From: an uncultured Candidatus Binatia bacterium
Lineage (GTDB): Bacteria > Desulfobacterota > Binatia > UBA9968 > JAJDTQ01
Assembly: GCA_965215605.1 (NCBI GenBank)
Contig: OZ244070.1
Location: forward strand, 1,472,001 to 1,536,000
Direction: 5' to 3'
Length of the DNA: 64,000 bases
Below are positions 28,780-37,117 of this stretch, piece after piece. A model generated the notes under the pieces. That model saw nothing but the letters and a program-made list of their open reading frames with translations, searched no databases and was not told the origin of the DNA. Numbering within the stretch: the stretch's first letter is position 1; each line of letters begins with the position of its first letter. The translations under genes and the position numbers were made by a program.

Positions 28780-30333
28780 ATGAGCGCTCCGCGACTCGAA
28801 CTGCCGGATCCCTACAACGCGGCCACCACGTTCGTCGACGACAACGTCGCCGCGGGCCGCGGCGAACGTACCGCCATCCTGTACGAGGACCTGCGGTTCA
28901 GCTACCGGCAGGTCCAGGCGGCGGTCAACCGAGCCGGAAACGCCTTCCGCGGCCTGGGCCTGGAAACCGAGCAGCGTATCCTGCTGGTGCTTCCCGACTG
29001 CCCGGAGTTCGCCTTCAGCTTCTTCGGCGCCATCAAGATCGGCGCCGTCCCCATTCCCGTCAACCCCTGGATGCACGCCAGGGACTACGAGTACCTCCTG
29101 AACGACAGCCGCGCCCGCATCGTGGTGGCGCACGAGTCCGCGCTGCCCGAGATCGACGCCATCAGCGAGCGGCCTCGTCACCTGCGGCACATCGTGGTGG
29201 TGGGAACAGCGCGGGACGGCGCAACCGGGTGGGACGGCCTCACGGAAAGCCAGTCCGCGGAGCTCGAGGCGGAGCCCACCGGACGCGACGACGTGGCCAT
29301 GTGGAACTACACCTCGGGCAGCACCGGCAATCCCAAGGGCGCGGTCCATCTCCAGCACGACATGATCACCATCACCGATCTGTTCGTGAAGCCCGTGCTC
29401 GGCATGACCGAGGATGACGTCTGCCTGTCCGCCTCCAAGTTGTTCTTCTCCTATGGTTTGGGCAATTCCCTGTACTTCCCCTTTCGCTTCGGCGCCGCCG
29501 GGGTGCTGTGGCCCGAACGGCCGGATCCGGAGAAGATCCTCCAGACCATCGAGCGGTACCGGCCGACCTTCTTTTTCTCGGTGCCGACGCTCTATTCCCG
29601 CATGCTGCGGGTGGAAAAGGAGTACGACCTCGGCTCCCTCAAGGTCTGCCTGTCCTCCGGCGAGCCGCTGCCGCCCGCCTTGTTCCACCAGTGGCGGGAC
29701 AAGGTCGGCGTGGAGCTGCTGGACGTGGTCGGCTCCACCGAGGCGACCCACGACTTCCTGGCCAACCGCCCCGGGCGGGCCAAGGCCGGGAGCAGCGGCG
29801 AGGTGACGCCGGCCTTCGTCGCCAAGGTGGTGGACGACGACGGGCGGGAAGTGCCCAACGGCGAGGTGGGCAACCTCTACGTCAGCGGCGACGCCACCGC
29901 GCCCTGCTACTGGAACAAGCACGAGCAGACCCAGCGCACCATGCTCGGGGAGTGGCTCAAGACCGGCGACACCTACTACCGGGACGACGACGGCTACTTC
30001 TGGTACTGTGGCCGGTCCGACGACATGCTCAAGGTGGGCGGGCTCTGGGTGTCGCCCATCGAGGTGGAGAACGCGCTCATGGAGCACCCGGCGGTGCTTG
30101 AGGCGGCGGTGACCGGAGAGGCGGACGGCGACGGCCTCATCAAGCCCAAGGCCTACGTCATCCTCAAGACCGAGCACCAAGGCGCCGGCGGGTTGGCCCA
30201 GGAGCTGCAGGACTTCGTCAAGGACAGCCTGGAACCGTACAAGTACCCGCGCTGGGTGGAGTTCGTGGACGACCTGCCCAAGACCGTCACGGGCAAGATA
30301 CAGCGGTTCAGGCTCAGGCAAGGGAACGGGTGA
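28780..30333 (+). CDS. Benzoate-CoA ligase family aroyl-CoA synthetase
   Basis: 'YTSGSTGNPKGAVHLQHD', 'SKLFFSYGLGN', 'GSTEATH', 'GRSDDMLKVGG.WVSP.EVE', 'PKTVTGKIQRF'. Confidence 0.9.
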   Translation: MSAPRLELPDPYNAATTFVDDNVAAGRGERTAILYEDLRFSYRQVQAAVNRAGNAFRGLGLETEQRILLVLPDCPEFAFSFFGAIKIGAVPIPVNPWMHARDYEYLLNDSRARIVVAHESALPEIDAISERPRHLRHIVVVGTARDGATGWDGLTESQSAELEAEPTGRDDVAMWNYTSGSTGNPKGAVHLQHDMITITDLFVKPVLGMTEDDVCLSASKLFFSYGLGNSLYFPFRFGAAGVLWPERPDPEKILQTIERYRPTFFFSVPTLYSRMLRVEKEYDLGSLKVCLSSGEPLPPALFHQWRDKVGVELLDVVGSTEATHDFLANRPGRAKAGSSGEVTPAFVAKVVDDDGREVPNGEVGNLYVSGDATAPCYWNKHEQTQRTMLGEWLKTGDTYYRDDDGYFWYCGRSDDMLKVGGLWVSPIEVENALMEHPAVLEAAVTGEADGDGLIKPKAYVILKTEHQGAGGLAQELQDFVKDSLEPYKYPRWVEFVDDLPKTVTGKIQRFRLRQGNG

Positions 30334-31055
30334 ACGCCCGATCGGGGGATTTCATGGACGACTTGGTAGCGCTGCGGGACAAGGTGGCGATCTCGTGCAA
30401 CATCCTGGCCATCGACGGGCACTGGGACAACATCCTGGGGCACGTATCGGCCCGGGTGCCGGGCGAGAACGCGCTGCTGATGAAGCCCCACAGCTACGGC
30501 TTCGAGGAGATCCGCCCGTACCACATCATCAAGGTGGACTTCGACGGCAACAAGATCGAGGGTGACTACGAGCGTCACTCCGAGGTGTTCATCCACACCG
30601 AGATCTACAAGGCCCGGCCCGACGTGAACTGCGTCATCCACAGCCACCCGCCCCACGCCACGGCGTTCGGCTCACTGAGACAGCCGCTACGCCCCGTGAG
30701 CCACGAGGGCTCCATTTTCCACGACGGGCTGCCGCTCTTCGACTATACCACGGTGCTGATCCGGAGCCCGGAGCTGGGAGTGAAGGTGGCCGAGAAGCTG
30801 GACCAAGCCCGCGCCGTGCTGATGAAGAACCACGGCACCACCGTGGTGGCCGAATCGGTGGAGACCGCCACCCTGTACGCGATCTTCCTGGAGAAGGCGT
30901 GCCGCATTCAGCTTCTGGCCAGCGCCGCGGGCGATCCTACCTGGAGCAGCGACGAAGAGGCGCGCGAGAAGTACGAGCAGATCTACACGCCGCACCGGCT
31001 GGGCAGCATGTGGGACTACTTTGTGCGGCGGGCGAAGCGGCTCGCCATCGACTGA
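30330..31055 (+). CDS. Class II aldolase/adducin family protein
   Basis: 'GHVSARVP', 'SEVFIHTEIYKARPDVNCVIHSHP', 'LMKNHG'. Confidence 0.9.
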   Translation: MNARSGDFMDDLVALRDKVAISCNILAIDGHWDNILGHVSARVPGENALLMKPHSYGFEEIRPYHIIKVDFDGNKIEGDYERHSEVFIHTEIYKARPDVNCVIHSHPPHATAFGSLRQPLRPVSHEGSIFHDGLPLFDYTTVLIRSPELGVKVAEKLDQARAVLMKNHGTTVVAESVETATLYAIFLEKACRIQLLASAAGDPTWSSDEEAREKYEQIYTPHRLGSMWDYFVRRAKRLAID

Positions 31056-31143
31056 CCTTCGACTTCGCCCGGCTACGCTTCGCTACGTCTGACCCGAGCC
31101 TTTCGAATGGCCCAGGTCACACGCAGCGAAGCGTGGTTGAAGG
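31056..31143. repeat. Long imperfect intergenic inverted repeat (CCTTCGAC...GTTGAAGG; REP/REPIN-like)
   Basis: ccttcgac...tacgcttcgctacgt.tgacc pairs with ggtca.acgcagcgaagcgtg.gttgaagg. Confidence 0.55.
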
Positions 31144-31182
31144 GCGCAAGCTCGCATTGACCAAGTACCGGGAGGCAAGACC

Positions 31183-32181
31183 ATGGCCGAAAAACTGCAT
31201 CTGACACTGGCGTGCGGCGACTACGAGAGCATCCGGGCCCTCAAGGAAGGGGTGATCCAGCCGGACGGCATCGAGCTCACCGTGCTCACGGACATGGACT
31301 CGTCCACCCGCCACTGGCGCATCGCCCGGTTCCGCGAGTTCGACGTGGGCGAGCATTCGGGCTCGTCCTACCTGCTGGCCAAGGACCGCGGCGAGGCGGA
31401 CGACCTGACCGCCATCCCGGTGTTCCTGCACCGCCGGTTCCGCCACGGCTTCATCTTCGTCAACGCAGACAAGGGCATCCGGTCGCCCAAGGACCTCATC
31501 GGCAAGACCGTAGGGCTCAAGAACTGGCAGGCTACGGCGCTCCTGTGGATCCGCGGCACCTTGCAGGACGAGTACGGCGTCTCGTTCACGGACCTGGAAT
31601 GGCGCGCCGAGAGGGAGGAGGACGTGCCCTTCGATCCGCCGGAGGGGCTTCGGATGGAGCGTCTGCCCAAGGGCAAGCGGGTCGAGGAAATGCTCGCCGA
31701 GGGCGAGCTGGACGCGGTGATCCACCCCGACATCCTCGCGCCCATCCTGGAAGGCGATGCCCGGGTCAAGCGCCTCTTCGACGATCCCAAGCAGGTGGAG
31801 CTGGACTACTTCCAGCGCACCGGCATCTTCCCCATCATGCACACGACGGTCATCAAGCGGGAGATCGTGGAAAAGCACCCTTGGGTGCCCATGAACATGA
31901 TGGTGGCGTTCGAGAAGGCCAAGCAGTGGACCTACAACCGGATGAACAATCCCAGGATCGTGCCGCTGGCGTTCTTCCGGGACTCCTGGGAGGAGCAGCT
32001 CGAGACCATGGGCGAGGACCCGTGGGTCTACGGGCTCAACGACACCAACCGCAACAACTTCGGCACCCTCGCGCGCTATTCCCGCGAGCAGGGCATGATC
32101 AAGAAGGAACCCAACCTGGACGAGCTCTTCCACGAGACCGTCCGCGGCGAGGAGTGGCGGCTGGCGCGCTCCCGCGGGTAG
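31183..32181 (+). CDS. 4,5-dihydroxyphthalate decarboxylase-like protein (periplasmic-binding-protein type II fold)
   Basis: 'LTLACGDYE', 'EFDVGE', 'AIPVFLHRRFRHGFIFVN', 'TGIFPIMH', 'MGEDPWVYG'; no signal peptide. Confidence 0.8.
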   Translation: MAEKLHLTLACGDYESIRALKEGVIQPDGIELTVLTDMDSSTRHWRIARFREFDVGEHSGSSYLLAKDRGEADDLTAIPVFLHRRFRHGFIFVNADKGIRSPKDLIGKTVGLKNWQATALLWIRGTLQDEYGVSFTDLEWRAEREEDVPFDPPEGLRMERLPKGKRVEEMLAEGELDAVIHPDILAPILEGDARVKRLFDDPKQVELDYFQRTGIFPIMHTTVIKREIVEKHPWVPMNMMVAFEKAKQWTYNRMNNPRIVPLAFFRDSWEEQLETMGEDPWVYGLNDTNRNNFGTLARYSREQGMIKKEPNLDELFHETVRGEEWRLARSRG

Positions 32182-32197
32182 CCGCGCCCGCCTTCCC

Positions 32198-33079
32198 ATG
32201 ATCCCCCCGCCCTTCGAATACCGGGCGCCGGATTCGCTTCCGGAAGCGCTGGCGCTGCTCCGCGAGCACGGGGATGAAGCGCGCCTGATGGCGGGAGGGC
32301 AGTCGCTCCTGCCCATGCTCAAGCTGCGGCTGGTCCGTCCGGCGGTCATCATCGATATCGGGCGGCTCCAGGAGTTGGACGGCATCCGGGAAGAGGCGGA
32401 TACGGTGCGCCTGGGCGCCCTGGTGACGGAGCGCGCCCTCGAACGCACGCTGGAACAGCGCCTGCCGCTCCTTTCCGAGGCCGCCGCAAGCATCGGCGAC
32501 ATTCACATCCGCAACCTCGGCACCCTCGGCGGCACCCTGTGCCAGGCGGACCCCTCGGGCGACCTCGCCCCCGCGGCGCTGGCGCTGGAGGCGACGCTGA
32601 CGGCGCAATCCACGGACGGAAGCCGCGCCATCGCCGCCCATGAGTTCTTCTCCGGTCCGTTCGAAACCTGTCTGGCGGACGACGAAATGGTAACCTCCAT
32701 CGACGTGCCAGACCCGGCGGGAGTCCGCGGCCACGCCTACGTCAAGCTGACGCGCCGGGCCGGCGACTACGCCGTGGTGGGGGCCGCGGCGCTGGTGAGC
32801 CTGTCACCGGACGGCACCTGTTCCGATGCCCGCGTCGCCCTCTGCGCGGTGGGTCCCACGGCGTTCGTCGCCGATGCCGCGGGCCGGTCGCTCCAGGGCA
32901 CGAGGCTCGCGGACGGCGATCTGGCTGAAGCCGCCGCGCTCGCCGGGAAGGATGCGGATCCGGTGAGTGACGTCCACGCGTCGGCGGACTACCGCAGGGC
33001 CATGACCCCGGTGGTGGTGAACCGGGCCCTGGCCAAGGCGCGGGAAAGGGCGCGGGCGAGTCACGCGCAAAGATCGTAA
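32198..33079 (+). CDS. Mo-hydroxylase FAD subunit (CoxM/CutM-like)
   Basis: 'MIPPPFEY.AP', 'AGGQSLLPMLKLRL', 'IRNLGTLGG', 'SADYRRAM'. Confidence 0.9.
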   Translation: MIPPPFEYRAPDSLPEALALLREHGDEARLMAGGQSLLPMLKLRLVRPAVIIDIGRLQELDGIREEADTVRLGALVTERALERTLEQRLPLLSEAAASIGDIHIRNLGTLGGTLCQADPSGDLAPAALALEATLTAQSTDGSRAIAAHEFFSGPFETCLADDEMVTSIDVPDPAGVRGHAYVKLTRRAGDYAVVGAAALVSLSPDGTCSDARVALCAVGPTAFVADAAGRSLQGTRLADGDLAEAAALAGKDADPVSDVHASADYRRAMTPVVVNRALAKARERARASHAQRS

Positions 33080-33088
33080 CCGCGGATC

Positions 33089-33559
33089 ATGCAACGGATC
33101 ACCGTCAACACCACCATCAACGGCACGGACTTCTCGTTCGAGGTGGAGCCGCGGCTCCTGCTGGTGGACCTCATCCGCGACAAGGCCGGCCTCAAGGGTA
33201 CCCACGTGGGCTGCGACACCGGCAACTGCGGCGCCTGCACGGTGCTCATGAACGGCGTGACGGTGAAGTCGTGCCAGGTGCTGGCCCCCCGGGCGGGAGG
33301 GGCGGACATCCGCACGGTGGAAGGGCTGGCCCGGGACGGAACGCTGCATCCGATCCAGGAAGCGTTCTGGGAGTGCGACGGGCTGGAGTGCGGCTTCTGC
33401 ACCCCCGGCATGCTCATGACCACGGCGGCGTTCCTCGAAGAGAATCCCCATCCCTCCGACCGGGAAATCCGCCGGGCCTATTCCGGCAACCTGTGCCGCT
33501 GCACCGGCTACCTGAACATCATCAAGGCGGTGAAACGGGCGGCGGAGACGATGGGCTGA
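33089..33559 (+). CDS. Mo-hydroxylase 2Fe-2S subunit (CoxS/CutS-like)
   Basis: 'GCDTGNCGACTV', 'CGFCTPG', 'GNLCRCTGY'. Confidence 0.93.
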   Translation: MQRITVNTTINGTDFSFEVEPRLLLVDLIRDKAGLKGTHVGCDTGNCGACTVLMNGVTVKSCQVLAPRAGGADIRTVEGLARDGTLHPIQEAFWECDGLECGFCTPGMLMTTAAFLEENPHPSDREIRRAYSGNLCRCTGYLNIIKAVKRAAETMG

Positions 33560-33569
33560 TCGAACCACC

Positions 33570-35981
33570 ATGGCGACCTACGTCGGCAAGAGCATCAAGC
33601 GCAAGGAGTCCTTCGACTCCATCCAGGGGAAGAACACCTATATCGGCGACATCGAGGTCCCCGGGATGCTCCATGCCGCCATCCACCGAAGCCCCTACGC
33701 CCACGCCCGGGTGATGCGAGTGGACCTGTCGGAGGCGCTTGAGCAGCCGGGCGTGGTGGCGGCCATGAGCGGCGAGGATGTCCGGCGCCTGTCCCGGCCC
33801 CTGGCGCCCTTCCCCTTCACCCGGACCAAGCCGTACACCAGCGACTACCCACGGGTGCGGTTCGCCGACCACTACTGTCTGGCGGTGGACCGGGTGCGGC
33901 ACGTGGGCGAGGCGGTGGCAGTAGTGGTGTCGGAGGACCGCTACGCGGCGGCGGACGCGGCGGAGGCGGTGCGGGTGGAATACGAGCCCCTGCCTCCGGT
34001 GGTGGACGTGGAGGCCGCGCTGGAGCGGGGGTCCGTGCGGCTCTACGAGGAGTGGCCCGACAACATCCAGTACGAGTTCCGCTTCAGCGAAGGGCCGGTG
34101 GAGAAGCTTCTGGAGGAAGCCCCGGTGGTGATCCGGGAACGCATCGTGCAACACCGGTACACCGGAACGCCCATGGAGCCCCGGGGAGTCATCGCCAGCG
34201 TCGACCAGCGGGACAACCTGCTGACGCTGTGGTCGTCCACCCAGGTGCCCCACGCGCTTCCCAATCTGGTCCTGGAGACCCTCGGCCGCGAGGACCTCAA
34301 GATCCGGGTGATCTCGCCCACCATGGGCGGCGGCTTCGGCATCAAGTGGGCGTTCTATCCCGAAGAGGTGCTGATGCCGCTCTTGTCGCTCCAGCTCAAC
34401 CGGCCGGTGGGCTGGCGGGAGAGCCGCAGCGAGCACATGGTGGCGTCACACCATTCCCGGGCCCAGGTGGACCACGTGGAGGCGGGCTTCGACCGGGCCG
34501 GCCGCATCACCGCCCTCAAGACCCATGTGATCGTGGACTTGGGCGCCGCCTACCCCAGCGGCGGCACCTCCCTGGCCTTCGTCACCGCCAACTTCATCCC
34601 CGGGCCCTACCGTGTCGACAACTACGCCACCACCTCCTTCGGCGTGGTCACCAACAAGACCGCCGCCGGCCCCCACCGGGCCAACGGCAAGGCCGAGTCC
34701 AACTTCATCATGGAGCGGGTGATGGACCGGGCCGCCCTGGAGCTGGGTTTGGGCAAGGACGAGATCCGGCGCCGCAACCTGATCCAGCCCCACGAGTTCC
34801 CCTACACCTGCGTTACCGGGTCCACCTACGACAGCGGCGACTACCCCGCGTGCCTGCGGAAGGCGCTGGCGGAGGCGGACTACGCCGACCTGCTGGCGGA
34901 CCGGGACCGGTGCCGCCTGGAGGGGCGCTACCGGGGCGTCGGCCTGGCGTTCCTGCTGGAGCCCCTGAGCTCGCTCCGGCCCAATGCCTACAACGCGGGC
35001 TACGAGACTGTGACGGTCCGGGTGGACCCGGTGGGCAAGGCCTGGGTGTTCTCGGGCGACGTGAACATGAGCATGAGCCACAAGACCACCCTGTCCCAGG
35101 TGGTGGCGGACGAGCTGGGCGTGCGCTTCGAGGACGTGCACGTGTTCGAGGGCGACAGCGCCCTGGTCTCGGCGTCCAGCGGGTCCTACGCCAGCCGGTT
35201 CTCGACGGTGACGATTTCGGCGGCCATCAAGGCCAGCCGCGCCGTGAGGACAAAAATACTGGCGATCGCCGCGCACTCGCTCCGGACCCATCCCGAGGCC
35301 CTCGAATGTACCGGCGGCGTGATTCTGGGCCGGGACAAGCCGGGCGTTGCCCTCACGGTCAAGGAAGTGGCCAACATCGCCTACTACTCCATCAACCAAC
35401 TGCCGGGGAACATGGATCCGGGCCTGCACGACACCCACTATTTCATCAATCCCAACACCAGCTTCGAGCCGGACGCCAAGGGCCGGACGTCGAACTTCTC
35501 GACGTTCCCCTACGCCGCTCACGTGGCCTACGTGGAAGTGAACGCCGCCACCGGCGAGACCACGATCCTCCGGTATCTTACCGTGGACGACTCCGGCAAC
35601 ATGGTGAACCCGATGATCGTCGACACCCAGATCACCGGCGCCATCTCCCACGGCGTCGGGGGCGCGTTTCTGGAAGAGCTGGTGTATGACGAGCAGGGAC
35701 AGCTCCTGTCCGGAAACTTCGCCGACTACCTGATCCCGTCCATGGCGGAGATGCCGGACCTGGAGATCCATCACATGGTGACGCCCATGCCCTTCACCCC
35801 GGGCGGGTTCAAGGGAGTTGGGGAGATCGGCGCCATCGGCCCGCCGGTGGTGCTGGCCAGCGCGATCGAGGATGCGCTGGCGCCGCTGGGGGTCAAGATC
35901 ATGAGTCTGCCGCTCAAGCCGGAGAACATCTGGCGGGCGATACACGGAAAGCGCAAAGCAACAACAGGAGAGCGGACATGA
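33570..35981 (+). CDS. Xanthine dehydrogenase-family molybdopterin-binding large subunit (CoxL-like, not form I CODH)
   Basis: 'RSPYAHA', 'SSTQVPH', 'MGGGFGIK', 'YDSGDY', 'GGFKGVGE'; active-site loop reads 'GPHRANGK'. Confidence 0.9.
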   Translation: MATYVGKSIKRKESFDSIQGKNTYIGDIEVPGMLHAAIHRSPYAHARVMRVDLSEALEQPGVVAAMSGEDVRRLSRPLAPFPFTRTKPYTSDYPRVRFADHYCLAVDRVRHVGEAVAVVVSEDRYAAADAAEAVRVEYEPLPPVVDVEAALERGSVRLYEEWPDNIQYEFRFSEGPVEKLLEEAPVVIRERIVQHRYTGTPMEPRGVIASVDQRDNLLTLWSSTQVPHALPNLVLETLGREDLKIRVISPTMGGGFGIKWAFYPEEVLMPLLSLQLNRPVGWRESRSEHMVASHHSRAQVDHVEAGFDRAGRITALKTHVIVDLGAAYPSGGTSLAFVTANFIPGPYRVDNYATTSFGVVTNKTAAGPHRANGKAESNFIMERVMDRAALELGLGKDEIRRRNLIQPHEFPYTCVTGSTYDSGDYPACLRKALAEADYADLLADRDRCRLEGRYRGVGLAFLLEPLSSLRPNAYNAGYETVTVRVDPVGKAWVFSGDVNMSMSHKTTLSQVVADELGVRFEDVHVFEGDSALVSASSGSYASRFSTVTISAAIKASRAVRTKILAIAAHSLRTHPEALECTGGVILGRDKPGVALTVKEVANIAYYSINQLPGNMDPGLHDTHYFINPNTSFEPDAKGRTSNFSTFPYAAHVAYVEVNAATGETTILRYLTVDDSGNMVNPMIVDTQITGAISHGVGGAFLEELVYDEQGQLLSGNFADYLIPSMAEMPDLEIHHMVTPMPFTPGGFKGVGEIGAIGPPVVLASAIEDALAPLGVKIMSLPLKPENIWRAIHGKRKATTGERT

Positions 35982-36841
35982 GCGAGACAGGGAACGGTTT
36001 CACGGAACGGGCGACGCGGGAGCTGGCGCGGGTGTCGGCGGTCTTCGCCGCGGGCGAGGCGGAGATCGCCGACACCTATTTCAACTGGGACCAGCGGGAC
36101 CGGGAAAAGGAGGTCCTCTGGCTCACCAAGCAGGCGGGCCGGGAGATCGAGAGCACCTTCACGGGCCTGAAGGAGGTCGTCGAGAAGGTGGGCGGCGACT
36201 TCATGAAGTCGGACCAGTACTGGGTCGACCGGTGGGGCGGCGACGTCGACCGGAACTGGCTGGAGGAAAACCTCTGGCGCACCAAGCAGGAGCTCAACCA
36301 CGGCAACCGGTGCGTGGACATCATCGAATGGCTCACCGGCGAGCCCGTGGACATCAAGGAGGTGGTGCGCCGCTACAATCGCTGGACTCCCGATCCGTCG
36401 CTGCCCGACATGAAGGAATGGGTGCGGCTGGCGGAGGTGTTCCGGGAGCAGGAGGCCCGCCAGGAACCCTGGGCGCGGCTCATCAACTCCCAGGGACTGC
36501 TCGAGGGCGGCAGTTGCGGCCTGTTCTACGCAGCATCCCAATTGAGCGGCAGCGAGCTCAACGACCGCCTTTCCGAGGCCTTCACCGTGGTGCTCGACGA
36601 CGAGCGCGGCCACGGGCCCGCCAACATCTACCAGATCGCCGACGCCTTCACCACGCAGGAGGCGGTGGACGGCGCCAGGGGCCTGATGGTGGAGCGGGGC
36701 ATCCAGCGTCTGCGCATGCGCAACGAGCAGTTCAGCTTTCCCATCGACGAGGCCCGCATCCAGGACATCGCCGCCGGCAACATCGGCCTGGACGTCACCA
36801 AGGCCATCTGGGGCGAGACCTTGGCGAAGTTCATCGACTAG
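35978..36841 (+). CDS. Ferritin-like (putative di-iron carboxylate) protein
   Basis: ATGA overlap with the Mo subunit gene; helical sequence with two ExxH motifs ('QELNHG', 'DDERGHG') and intervening Glu-bearing helices ('GREIE', 'LLEGG'). Confidence 0.6.
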   Translation: MSETGNGFTERATRELARVSAVFAAGEAEIADTYFNWDQRDREKEVLWLTKQAGREIESTFTGLKEVVEKVGGDFMKSDQYWVDRWGGDVDRNWLEENLWRTKQELNHGNRCVDIIEWLTGEPVDIKEVVRRYNRWTPDPSLPDMKEWVRLAEVFREQEARQEPWARLINSQGLLEGGSCGLFYAASQLSGSELNDRLSEAFTVVLDDERGHGPANIYQIADAFTTQEAVDGARGLMVERGIQRLRMRNEQFSFPIDEARIQDIAAGNIGLDVTKAIWGETLAKFID

Positions 36842-36860
36842 CACCAAACGCCACCGCACC

Positions 36861-36894
36861 GCCGAACTCAGAGGTATTCCTCTGACCCGTCGGC
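36861..36894 (+). terminator. Stem-loop downstream of the ferritin-like gene (possible terminator, no U-tract)
   Basis: gccga..tcagagg-tatt-cctctga...tcggc. Confidence 0.35.
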
Positions 36895-37117
36895 AAAGAC
36901 GTGCGCAGGTTCGATCGACGTCCTTTTCGCTCCCCTGTGCGAAGTCACGGACGATGCGCCGACCGAAGGGGTCATGGCAGTTGATGAGATAGACAGACTC
37001 CGTCGCTTGCCTGCTCTTCCGATCGCTCAAGGGCAACAGTAAAACGTGCTAAAAAGGGAGTCCGAGGTACCGCTTGCCTGCCGAAATGATTCCTATGAGA
37101 GGTGGAGGCACGTAACC

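Noticed and set aside
32198-35981. Aerobic CO dehydrogenase (coxMSL order)
   Set aside because: The large subunit lacks the AYxCSFR Cu-binding motif and no cox accessory genes are present.
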